From Selaginella moellendorffii (lineage: Eukaryota > Plantae > Lycopodiophyta), in assembly GCF_000143415.4 (NCBI RefSeq), contig NW_003314352.1, forward strand, positions 687,282 to 751,281: a DNA stretch of 64,000 nt, written 5' to 3'. Numbering within the stretch: the first letter of the stretch is position 1; the number at the start of each line of letters is the position of its first letter. Made by a program: the position numbers and the translations under genes. Under the pieces are notes generated by a model. It searched no databases, was not told the DNA's origin, and worked only from the letters and a program-made list of their open reading frames with translations. This document shows positions 11,843 to 24,000 of this stretch, piece by piece.

Positions 11843-13349
11843 TTTTTTCATTTTTTTCTTTAGCTCATTTTGATTGTTTGACTGCCTTTGCCTTTTTTCC
11901 CTTTTCTTTCTTTCTTCTTTGCCAATGGAGTCTCCAAGCCATCCTGATTTCTTTGCCGAAGTCCTTGCAAAAATCCAGTCTGAGAATACCGAGCTGAAGG
12001 CAACCCTTCTTCGCATGCAGCAAGAGCTTGCTTCACTTTCAGCTCAAGGATCCAGCAAAGTTCCTGAACCGAAGGTGAGTTTCCCGGCAAAATTTTTAGG
12101 CAAGCATTCAGAGCTTCGTGGATTCCTGAACCAGATGGAGCTGATCTTCGCACTTAAACATCGGTGGTACCCCACTCCCAAGTCTCAAATCGGTGCGATT
12201 GGGATGTTGCTCGAAGGTGCAATTTTGTCATGGTTTTCTCCTCTCCTGGAGAAGAGCATGAAAGGGATCGTGGTTCCGGAGCTGATGGATCTTCAATTGT
12301 TCAAAGAGAAGCTCGAAGCATGTTTTGGTGATATGGATCGGGTTCAGGCTGCCACCACAAAGATGAGACATCTCTCTCAGGGGTCTCGTCTTGCCTGGAT
12401 CTATGCTGCAGAGTTTCAACTCCTTGCCTTGGACACTTAGTGGGATGAGTGGGCCCTGATTGATCAATTTCATTTCGGCCTCAACAATGGTGTCAAGGAT
12501 TTGTTGCTCACCATGGAGGATCCCACAAACCTGTTGGACGCCATCAACAAAGCTATTCGATGCGACAATCGTCTCTTTGAACGTCGTCAGGAAAGTCGCT
12601 GCATCGCCGTTTTCCCATCCCAGACTCAGGAATCCCAGCTTGAGTCTTCAGGGCATACTCCTGAACCTACTGGTCCGGTCTTGATGGATATTTCTGGTAC
12701 TCCCCGACTCATCAGAGGGAAGTTGAGTCTTGCTGAGAAGCAACGTCGAATATCTCATAATCTTTGCCTCTACTGGCTGATCCTAATCACAAAGCAACTA
12801 TGTGTCCCAAGAAGCCTCCCCAACTACTCGAGTTCACTCTGCGTCAAAGTCCACCTCTGTTGCAGTCGGGAAACGACCCTGTCCAAACAGAGTAGGAGCT
12901 GTTTATTTGGACTCCCTGAATAAAAATCACTTTTCTTCTTTATCAAGCTCCTCACTACCTTTCATCAAAGCCACCACCAATTCCCGCAACTTCTGCGTCC
13001 CATGTCTCCTTTCTTTCACCGGACAATCAGGACTCAAGGCTCTGGTGCTACTGGACTCGAGTGCAACTTCCTACTTCATGGACATGGACTTTGCTGCCCG
13101 ACATCACATTCCTCTTTCTCCTACCATACGGGATCTAAGGGTTGAAGGCATTGGTGGGCATTTTGTGTCTGCATCTTCTGGACTTAGGGAAACGTTGCCC
13201 GTTCGAGTACACATCGGGTCCACTGTCACCGATATCGCCTTCAACATCATTAACAGCAAGTCCTCCTTTGTGGTTCTTGGCCTCCCTTGGTTCCAACTAT
13301 ATCAGCCTCAGATTTTTTGGAAGGAATTACAGCTTGTCTCTCCCACATC

Positions 13350-15887
13350 CATAGTTACGAACACGAACACGGAACACGAACACGAGCCTCAGATTTCAGG
13401 AACCCGAACATGGAACACAATCACGGCCCACGATGGCTCACGAATATTCTACTGAATATTCTAAGAATATGTTATTTAAAAATTATATTCTATTTCTTAT
13501 TATATTATTATAGGAATATGCTATATTTTATTATATTATTCTTAATATTTTTATTTGCACATAAACTACTTCACACTTTTAAACTACTCAAATATCCTGC
13601 ATCTCATCGTCATCTTCAACCTCATGATCTTCGACCTCACGATCTTCGACATCATCTCCATCTTCCTCTTCCTGTCCTGACTCAAGCTCGTCTTCAGGAT
13701 GAGGAACTGTCTCCAGGACTTTGTAGCTTACAAACTTGTCGTAATCACGATCATTTTTGCAGGTTAACAACCTGGTGTTGCAAGCCACAAAAACCAGATC
13801 CGCTGTCCTGTCCATGGTAAGTCTGTTCCTCTTTTTTGAAGAAACATGCTCGAAAGTACTGAACAATCTCTCCACCGAGGACGACGAGCATGCCTGACTT
13901 AGAACTTGAATGGCCAACTTCTGAAGAGCTGGAGTTTCATAACCATAGTCCTCCCACCAACGTACAGCTCCCCTCTTAGTGCGATCAGCCTTAGCATCAT
14001 ATGAGTTGAAAATGCCTCCTATCCTCCGGTAAGTTAAAAGCTCATCACGTATCACATCCCTCTCACTGGATGTAAACATGGCCAGTAGATAAGCATTCCA
14101 GTCCTTCATGACCTCTCTGTTAGCATGCTTTTCATACTCCTGAAACTCGGGGTCCAACATGTACGCCACTGAGTGCATGAGCGAGTGATACTCATGCCAC
14201 CTATTAGACATGATCTGATGAAGTTCCCTGTACCTGCCATAATCTGACTGTCCTTCTTCTAAACTTGCATCCAACCTGTTCATGCACTCATATATCTTTC
14301 CAATCGCAGGTATATCACCGTCCACAACACGAAGAAGTAGCATAACATCCTTGGACACCTCTAGCATGTCCTTAACCTGTTGCCAGAAACTATCATCAAA
14401 AACCGTTGCATAACTGTCCCTTCCTGCTCTCGACTTCGACTCAGGCCTTGCTCTGTACGCAGGGCATACGAACATCTGTTGTAAAGCTTCTCAGAGCTCC
14501 ACCAGCCTCTCCATCATAATGAAGTTGTAGCCGAACCTGGTATCACAATAACGCAGCAATCGCTTGTGAGTAAACTCCACCAGCAGTGCCACTATATGAG
14601 AGTGGTTTCTAACGAAGATCACCAAAGACTTTCCACGCTCCAGAAGTGTTGCCATCCATGGAAGTACACCAAAGTCTTTCAAGGCATTGTTCAAGCAATG
14701 GGCAAAACATGCTGCCCATTGAATTTTCGGGTACCTCTGTTGCAAAAGTGTTGCTGCTGCTCTGTTTGCATTTTCCCCATCGGTCACAACCATGACAACG
14801 TTCTCTGCACCTACAATGTTAATGCCTTCTTCCCAGCAGCGCAGAGTATTTTCAGCTGTTTTTCCTATTAAGGAAATGTCGATAGCCTTCAAAAAGGCTC
14901 CTCGTCCTTGACTATATGCCACAAGCCCCATGATATGCCGATTCCTCCTATCTACCCACCCGTCTGCGCATATGGTTGCACCCCTCTGCTCCCACTGCTT
15001 CCTCAAGGACGCCATCTCAATGTCAATGAATCGTTTCTCTTTCACCAAAAGCTTATCCTGGAGATCATCATATTTTGGTGGTGCATAAGGCACACCATGC
15101 CTGGCAACTTCCTGTATCATGTTGAGGAAGTAAGGTGACCGAGCCTTGACAAATGGAATGTGTTCATTCCAGAAAAATCTTCCGATAGCCACATCAACTC
15201 GGTTCTTCCGCTTAGGATCCATCGAATCAACAATATGGACTTGACTCTGTTTGCTAAAAAACAGGGAACTGCAGCCACTTCCACTTGACTGGGATGATAC
15301 CACCGGTGGAAATCCTTGGACATTGCCATCCATTCTCATAGAAGCACCACCAGATTCATTCGGCCGTTTCTTCCCCCTTGCCCCTTTCTCGGAATCAATA
15401 ACCTTTTGCATATTGAGCAGATCCGCTTTCTTGTTACCTGGGATGAGAGGACAACTCACAATATCCTTGCTGCCTGGGCCTTCTCCTAACAGATGAGCTC
15501 GCACACGATCAACACCACTCAGTTTGTTCACCATTGGGTAGTATTTGCATGACCATAATTTGTGGCCATGCCCCCTGCTCTCAAGAACACTTACCTCATC
15601 CCACCATCGCGAAGAAGGATGCTTTCGCAGTATGCTGGATTGCTGCGCCATGCTTGTTTGCCTTGGATTGCTACTGCTGTGCCCTGAAATGGTGTGCCCT
15701 GGCTGGATTGTCGTGTGATGCCGTGCGCCCTAAAACCAGAATATTCCGCACGAGAATATTCTGAACAGTGGTCCGTGTTACTAACACGGACCACTGTTCA
15801 CGAACACGGCCGTGGGAACACGACCCATGGCCGTGTTCGTGAAACACGGTGAACACGGCCGGGATCCCGGCCGTGTTCGTAACACGG
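13350..15887 (-). mobile_element. hAT DNA transposon (2538 bp) nested in the chromovirus pol gene
   Basis: 8-bp TSD cccacatc (13342-13349/15888-15895); imperfect TIRs catagttacgaacacg / ccgtgttacgaacacg; subterminal AACACG(G) repeats at both ends. Confidence 0.93.
13588..15651 (-). pseudogene. hAT transposase (BED finger, DUF659-type DDE core, C-terminal dimerisation domain), intronless, with one in-frame stop
   Basis: ORFs 14491-15651 and 13588-14475 are in frame, separated by one TGA and EALQQ; motifs ICADGW, CFAHCLN, TRF, YMLDP, WW..YG, SSSVERLFS. Confidence 0.92.
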
Positions 15888-18800
15888 CCCACATCACCAT
15901 CTCCCACGGCTTCCCCTGCTGTTCATCAAGTCCGAATTAGGAAAAGTTCCCTAAACTCAAATTGGGGTTTTATTCCTGACTCTACGAAGTTTTCACCCTC
16001 TTCTTTTTCCTCTCTTCCATCTTACACTGGATAGTATCTTCGTCTCATCATTCCATTTAGTTGTACGCCTTCTTCTATCTCCACAATCACTATGAAAGAA
16101 CTTCTTCATGAAGAATCTATTTTCCTTTTTTCTTTGCATGTTTCTCCTGTCAGTCTTCCTGAGAAGTATCATGATTTTGGAGATGTGTTTAACAAGAAAA
16201 AAGCTACTGTATTGCTTGTTCATAAGCTTTATGACTGTCCCATTGATTTACAGGAAGGAGTGTCACCTCCGTGGAAGCCTATCTATGGGTTATCCCCATC
16301 TGAGCTTAACGCCCTCAAAGAATATGTGGATGAGAACCTTGCCTCGGGGTATATTTAGCATTCGCAATCCCCAGTTGAAGTGCCTATCTTCTTTGTCAAG
16401 AAGAAGGATGGGAGTTTGCGGCTAGTCATTGACTACCAAGGTTTGAACAAGGTGACTATTTGGAACCATTATCTGCTGCCCCTGATCTTGGACCTGTTGG
16501 AATGTCTCGGTAGTGCCCACTTCTTCACCAAGATCGACCTCTGTGGAGCATACAACTTGATCTGGATCCGGCCTGGTGATGAATAGAAAACTGCATTTCG
16601 AACCTGCTATGGCCACTTTGAGTACACTATCATGCCATTTGGCTTGACAAATGCTCCAGCAGTTTTCCAACAAATGGCGAATGACGTCTTTCGGGAGTTT
16701 CTTGATCAGATGGTGATCGTCTACCTTGATGACATCCTTATCTACACAAAAACTCAGGAGGAGCATGACGAGCATGTGCACAAGGTGCTGGTGAAGCTAC
16801 GGGAACACGGCCTATACACAAAGCTTGAGAATATTCCTTCAATCAGGAGTCTGTGGAGTTCCTTGGGTACATTGTCACTCCTGAGGGTATCACGATGGAT
16901 CCTGCCAAAGTCAAGACTATTCTCAAATGGGAGCCTCCACAATCAATGTCGGACGTTCAGGTTTTCCTTGGCTTCACCAAAATTCTACCACAAATTCATT
17001 GATCACTACTTTGACATTGTCCTTCCTCTCACGCATCTCACTTGCAAGGATGTTCCCTTCTCTTGGTCTGCTACTGCCTAGCAAGCCTTCGACACACTCA
17101 AGGTGGCCTTCAGTTCTACTCCCGTCTTGATCCATGCTGATCCTTCACAACCTTTCTTCATCGAGGCTGACGCCTCCAACTTTGCCATCGGTGCTGTGTT
17201 GTCTCAACTCGGAGCAGATCAAGAATTTCATCCGGTCGCCTTCCATTCTCGGAAATTCCAGCCTGCGGAGATCAATTACGAAATCCACAACAAGGAGCTC
17301 CTTGCCATCATGGATTCCTTTGGAGAGTGGCATCGTTTCTTGGAGGGGGCGGGCCATCAAACAATGGTCTGGACGGATCACAAAATTCTCGAGTACTTTG
17401 CCACTTCCCGAGTTTTGAGCCGTCGTCAAGCAAGGTGGGCACAATTCTTGAGTTGGTTTGACTTTGTTATCAAGTACAGACTTGGAAAGCTTCAAGGCCT
17501 TCCTGATGCTCTTTCAAGGCTCTCTTATCTCAGTCTCAAGCCTGATAATTCTGTCTTCGATCAACAGGATCAAGTTATCCTCGGTCCTGATCAGCTTCAA
17601 GTTATGGCAATTTCCCTGGCCCCTCAGGACTCCTCCTTGATGGATGCAATCAGAAACGATCTTCAATCCGATGACCTCGCCAGTGACATTTTCCCCCATC
17701 TTCAAGCTAGACACCCAGTGACTCCCGATTACTGGCAATTTGACGAGTTTGAGTTCGAGTTCTTAAATGGCTTGCTGTACCGTGGGGAGCAGCTTTATGT
17801 TCCTGAAGGTGATGCTCAAAGGTTGGTCCTTATGGTGTGCCATGATAGCCCGGCTGCTGGTCACTTCGGCATTACTAAAACCTATGAGCTAGTTGCACGG
17901 GACTTTTGGTGGCCTCACATGGATGACTACATCAAAGGTTTTGTTACCTCCTGTGACACTTGCGCCCGGAATAAGGTACCTCGCCACCTTCCTTCAGGTT
18001 TGCTTCGTTCCCTCCCGGTCCCTTCAGGTCCTTGGGAATCCATCTCCATGGATTTTTTGAGTGATCTTCCGAGTTCTGAAGGCTTCAACAGCATTTTAGT
18101 CATGATGGACCGCTTCACAAAGATGGCACACTTCTTTGTACCAAGGAGTTTTTGGGCAAGGAGATGGCAAAATTGGTATTTAGGGAAATTTTCCGACTTC
18201 AAGGGATTCCTACAGATATGGTTTCGGGGACCTCAATTCATCTCTAATTTCTGGCAACGGTTTTTGCAGCTGCTTCGAGTGAAGGCCAACCTCTCTTCGG
18301 TGTATCATCCTCAAACTGATGGACAATTCGAGTGAACGATTCAGAAATTGGAACAATTCTTGAGGTGCTTCATCAACTATCATCAGGATGACTGGTTCAA
18401 TATCCTTCCCCTTGCTGAGTTCTCCTATAACAACTCTGTTCACTCCTCTCTTCGAGTTTCCCCTTTTTTTGCGAACTCTGGCCGAAATCCCCAATTCAAT
18501 CTCTCACTTCCTTCTCCATCCGAATCCTCTCGTTCAAATCCCCGCTCTGAGGCATTTGTCTCCAACCTCCAGGAAATCCACAACTCCATCTCCTTCCACC
18601 TCTATTGTGCTTAGGAATCTCACAAAACATTTGCCAATGTCCATTGTCAGGATTGTCCCCCTTACTATATTGGGGATAAAGTCTGGCTCCTTAGGTGAAA
18701 TATCTCCACCACTAGGCTATGTCCCAAACTCGATTTCAAATGCCTCGGTCCTTTCCCTATCACTGCTATCATTAATCCTATCACTTATCGCCTTGCACTT

Positions 18801-19557
18801 CCCTCCTCATATCAAATTCACCCTGTTTTCCACTCCTCTCTCCTTGAGCCTTATATTCCCAATCCTATTCCAAATCGGGTCATTCCTTTGCCTCCACCAG
18901 TGCAACTTGAGGATGGGTCTGAGTACGAGGTTTAGGACATCCTTGATTCCAAGATCTCACGGTCTAAACTCTACTATCTGGTCGACTGGAAAGGTTATGG
19001 ACCTGAAGAATGCACTTGGGAACCTGCGGACAACCTGATTCATTCTTCTGACCTTGTTCAGGACTTCCACCGCCGCTATCCTTCTCGTCCTAGTCCTCAT
19101 TCTTTTTCTCCATTCCCCGTCCCTCGCCGCCCATCTCATCCTCCTCTTCGTTCTCATTCACATTCTCATTCCACTCGTTCTTGAGGAGGGTGTGTTGTCA
19201 GGAATCCCCCAATTCTTGCTACGTTTTTGACTCTCGCCGGATTCTTGACTTGCAGACCACATTCCTGACTCTCGAGACACTTCCCTATTCCTAACTCTCG
19301 ATTTTCCATATGATTCCTGAGTCTCGAGCCACATTCCTGATGATGATGTGGTGCCTCCTCGACCTCAACTATATTTAGGCCGTCCTCGATCCAAGAGTGG
19401 TGGAGCTTCATCAACCTATAGTATATATAGGTTAGCCTTGTTCCATTTCTCCACAATTTGAATCAACACCAATCTAAGGCTTCTTCATTTTCACTAGCTT
19501 TTCTCTTTGTTTTTTGCATTTTCCAATCTTGATCTTGTTGGGGGTCTTAACAGCTAT

Positions 19558-21063
19558 ACCCATGTAGTGGGTAATGATAACCACTAAGGAGTCTAGGGCT
19601 AGAGTGAACACAGATGGACAAGTGGATAACTTGGTAAAGTGTTTAAAAGTCAACTTTAGCTCCCCCTAGAATGGAAAATTTTATCATTTATAACTTGGTA
19701 TTGAAGCTATTTTTTAGTCTAACTCTTATTGGTAGTTAAGTATATCACTACTTGATATTGGCATCAAAAGGTCTCAAAAGTGGGTCTATCCTAGAGGAGT
19801 AGTATGTCAAGAAGGCATAACTCTCCACTTAAGTTCATATGTGAATATGTAGGTAATATAATGGATAGAAAGGGTCAATAAGGGAATGACTTAAGGATTT
19901 TAGGAAAAGTATAAGGTTTTCCTTAGAGAGTTGAGGATGTGATTTATATAAATTTGACTTAGTAAATTGGCTAATGTAATTATGGTAAATAACTATAGTT
20001 AGGATTACAGAAAGATAAAGACTCTGAGATAGTAAAGGAGTTATAAAATTATCTTCATATGGTTGAGGATGGTGCTTATGAATTTAAGACTAGAGTTAAT
20101 GACTTTGAAAAATCAAATATGGATCAAAACATAACTCCTTGAAATAGTAGTTGGGGCTACTTTTAATAAAAGTTGGAACAAATCAAGGAATTAAAGGGTG
20201 TATTCAAAGGATGAATTGGTGTTCTCATCATATAAAAAAATAATTCTAAGGAGTAAAAGTAGCCTACGTAGAATAAAGGATAATCAAATGTTGGAATAAC
20301 ATTTGTAAAGATGGCCCTTGTGAATAAAATGTGAATACAAGAAGCTATATTCAAGTGTAGTGGAACCTCAAAAGGAGCTAGGATGCTATGACCTTATAGG
20401 ACGTTAGATTAATAAAGTCCAAAAGCTAGATGATTTAGTCAAGTCAAGGGATGGTCCTAAAGACTTGGAGGAATCCCATTTGGATGGAGGTTCATTGTAT
20501 CCTATGAAGGATTAAGAGGATTATGAGATCCAAATATGAGAACATCAGGTATGTTATTAATGGCAGAATGTGCTATACTAAAGCCATGGAAAGGTATTCA
20601 TGGAAAAAAGCAACTTTGGCAAGGAGTTATATATAAATAATATATTGCAATGCTAACCGATAGTTGGCATGAGAAATAACTATTATTTTCTTGACAAATA
20701 TTTAGACATAAATGGGAAGTGTCGTGAGGGTAAGCTCATAGAGCTGATGGTGTGGAGATACCAAATATTCTAAAATGTGATAGTTTGAAGTTAAGTTGGT
20801 TAATTTATGAGAACCTCTTGCCAAAGGAATCCCAATGGAAATGGGAGTAGCATACCCTAAGCTAGAAGGCATATAATTTGAGTGTGTTGACCCAAATAAT
20901 TATGGAAGTGTGAAAACACGAACAATAAGTTATAGGACTTAATGACTATGAGGAAACTAAGCAAAAAGTGTGATATAATTGATTGGATTAGTCACAGGTA
21001 ACTTCCCAAAACTTTTTATTGGGATAAGGAGGTTAGATATATCCCTTGGGGGATAAATTATTT
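19558..21063. mobile_element. Highly decayed host retroelement sequence (continues from 11200-11442 and into 28236-29041 and 37289-38629)
   Basis: Related TGTAGC-start LTR-like copies at 11200-11356 and 37289-37450, each preceded by a reverse-complement Met PBS (gct(c/t)tgatac); no readable ORFs. Confidence 0.45.
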
Positions 21064-21067
21064 ATGT

Positions 21068-24000
21068 TGTTAGGGCATGGCCAGAGGGAATATTTTGGTC
21101 TTTAAAATATTCCTCATCTTCCTTGTATAAAACCCTTGCCTCACAAGGGTAGGGGGGAATTGCAAAGACCATTGAAGCATTTCTCGTGTTTGAGCGAGCG
21201 TTGGGGGAGGCACCCCTCCTTCCCTCAACAAATGGTGAATCCGACATGATGCATAGCACTTTCTAAAATGTCATTTCTCTCTTTTTCTTTTGGCCGCAAA
21301 TTTTGGGAAGGAATTCCTTGTTTGTTGGTTTTGTTTTATCTTGGGTGTGTTGGATAGGTCTAGAGCTCCTCTTTCTAGCAAGGTATGGCGCTTATTAAGC
21401 CGTGCAGTATTTAAAGAGATACAACATTTTTTGGCTCAGTCGGATGAACATTTTGGGGTTTTCACTTTCTCGCTTGGATCCTCGGCCCAATTTCTTAAAG
21501 TAGTGCATTTGGGCTTGTAGATCTGGCCTAGATCTATGAGTAGTGGTGATTCTTGGTGCTATATTTGGCCAAATTGGCAGCATGCTAAAGGATTTTCTTC
21601 TCCGGCTAGATTGGGTCATCTTTGTAGCAGGAATTCGTGCTCCTCTGGGCTTTGTTTTGGCTGCCGTTTGTTTCTAGAGGTGCTCCTGGTCATAGGCTTT
21701 CCGAAAAGACTAACAGCGCCTCAGTATCAATCTACATCAGTGACATGCACATGTTTTTCCACAATATTGGCGTTCTGGGATACCTTTTCATGGATTTCAG
21801 GGAATATTAAGGTGGCTTCTTCCTAAATTCCTGTGATAGAGGGTAGACAGGGCTGAGCTCTTTCCATCGAGCCCACCAACAATCAAAATGGGGAAAGATC
21901 GAGACTAAAGGACTCATTTATCTCTTTTGGGCTAAACTTTGTTGGAGGTTCCTTGGGAACGAAGCAATCTTCAAGGAATAGGTAGGCGTAGGAACAAGAA
22001 TAGGGGGAGCAAGAACAAGGGTTGGCATAGGAACAGGGACAGTAGGAATAGGCACAAGGATAGGAGTTGGTGTTGGAGCAGGCGCAGGAGTAGGAGTGAG
22101 AGCAAGTTATAGGTTGTGGGTCCTTGGTTACTAGTTACCGGTTACCGGTTACCAATTACTCCAGCGGCTACTCTGGCGGTTACCTTACGGGTCAATGGTT
22201 ATGTGTGCTTGAGGCCTACATCTCCTTCCATTTTGACCCTTATTTCTCTTTGTCACAAGCAGTTTGGGCAACTTTAAGCAACTTGAGCACTAGCCTACAG
22301 TCTTCTTGCTCCTATCAACCCAGTTGCCTTGACAGGGCATTTGCAGTGTTCAGGGTATTTGATGCTGGTACAAACTCGACGAACGACAAATTGGCACCCT
22401 TTTACCATACCTCAAGGCCCTAAGGTATGGAGTAAACACTCTAACATCCAAAGGCAGCTTAGGTACAACATTGCACCTTCTCAGACCAAGTCCTCTTCAT
22501 CCTCGACAGATTCCAATGACTTAGATCTATGAGCTATGGCACAACCATCTTTAGCTTGACCTTAGCTCCATGTTCTATAGAGGGGGAGTGATCTACCAAC
22601 CTTCTTAGGTGTTGGAATAGTCTTTTTAACATCGCATATCAGTCGCTTTGATTACTACTGCACCACAAATATGATCGTCGATAATGATCGTATGTGCCAT
22701 GACTTCTTGCAGTCTCTTGAAGGCAAAGCAGCAACTTGGGCAAATTCTCTCCTCCCAGAGGACCGGGCAGACTTCCAGACACTACTTGCTTCTTTCAGAG
22801 AATGCTTCGTTGAAAAAAAACCCACAAACCGGCTACTTGTCGACCTCTTTTCATTCCAACAGGGTGCTCACGAGTTTGTTCCTGATTACATCACTCAGTT
22901 TCGAGCATACTGGAAGCAGTTTTGGGATCGTAGAGTGGTCCAAGATGAGCAACAGAGGATCACAACATTCACAGCAGGTCTGCGTGGGAACTTGCAATAG
23001 AAAGTTCTTAAGAAGAAATTCAGGTCTTGCCGCAAGGCATTTTCATTTGCCACGAAGCTGGAAAGAGAGCTAGTTGTCGACCTAAGGATTGCTAGAGTTG
23101 ATTTTGACCAAGCCATCACCCCATTAGAGTCACCTTGTGTAGCTGTTCACCCGTCCACAACAAAGCTCGTTGCTATTGAACATACACCTCCGGCTATTGA
23201 GAACTTTGCCAACGAGATGTGGCAGCTGAAGGAGATCATTCTTTAGCAACAATCACACCATGACAAACTGCTCCAGGAGCTAGTGGAGTCCAGGAAAGAG
23301 GCCACTACAACTCGGGAACGCAGATTTAACTCTTGTTGGTGCACTCACTGTGAGACGAATACACACAACACGTAGTGCTGCTTCAAGCTTCATCCAGAGC
23401 TTTGGCCTCCACCTTCTCAACATGTCCAACAACGTCCCTTTGCTGATAATTCCACATCATCTCGGGGTCCAGAGACATATCAGAAGCAGTTGGAGCGACA
23501 AGCAATTGAGGCAGCCCCTTTGTCGAGCAAAGGCAAGGCACCAGCCTCATCAGTCAACACAATTTTGGTAGCCGAGGAACTCTATAGGCAACAGCAGCAA
23601 ACCGCAGCCACTTGACCCCAAGCGAAGAAGAAGGAAGCCGCTCAGCCTGCCATAGCTCCCTCGGCGCTGGTTGAGAGCAAATCTCTGTTGGCATCAAGCC
23701 CAGTGACACAAAGAGTGGCTTGTAAGCTCCCCTTCAAGTCACTACTCTCTTCTCCTCCTGAGATCTCACCAATAGCTATTCCTGTTCTGGAGTTGATTCT
23801 TCAACAGTTGGTTGATACTCCCGTCACCTTTTCGCTCCGAGACATGTTGTGTCTGGTCCCGGGATTCGGCCAGCGTTTAGAGGAGTTTGCACGGTCAAGA
23901 ACACCAGAGAGTACTCTCAAGAGGACTCCTCAAGAGGTGCACATTGTCGACATGACAAGATATGGTGGAGATCCTGGTCCATTTTTCATCCCGGTGCAGT

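Larger units (their letters stand above)
11443..19552 (+). mobile_element. Full-length, inactivated Ty3/Gypsy chromovirus (Tcn1/Tf1-like) with chromodomain
   Basis: LTRs 11443-11825 and 19196-19552; TSD gctat; gag 11925-12780; protease LLDSSAT ~13050; RT VYLDDILIY ~16720; RNase H EADASNFAIGAVL; integrase HHCC plus ISMDF; chromodomain YEV*DILDS..YLVDWKGYGPEECTWEP ~18920-19080; PPT 19183-19195; many stops. Confidence 0.95.
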
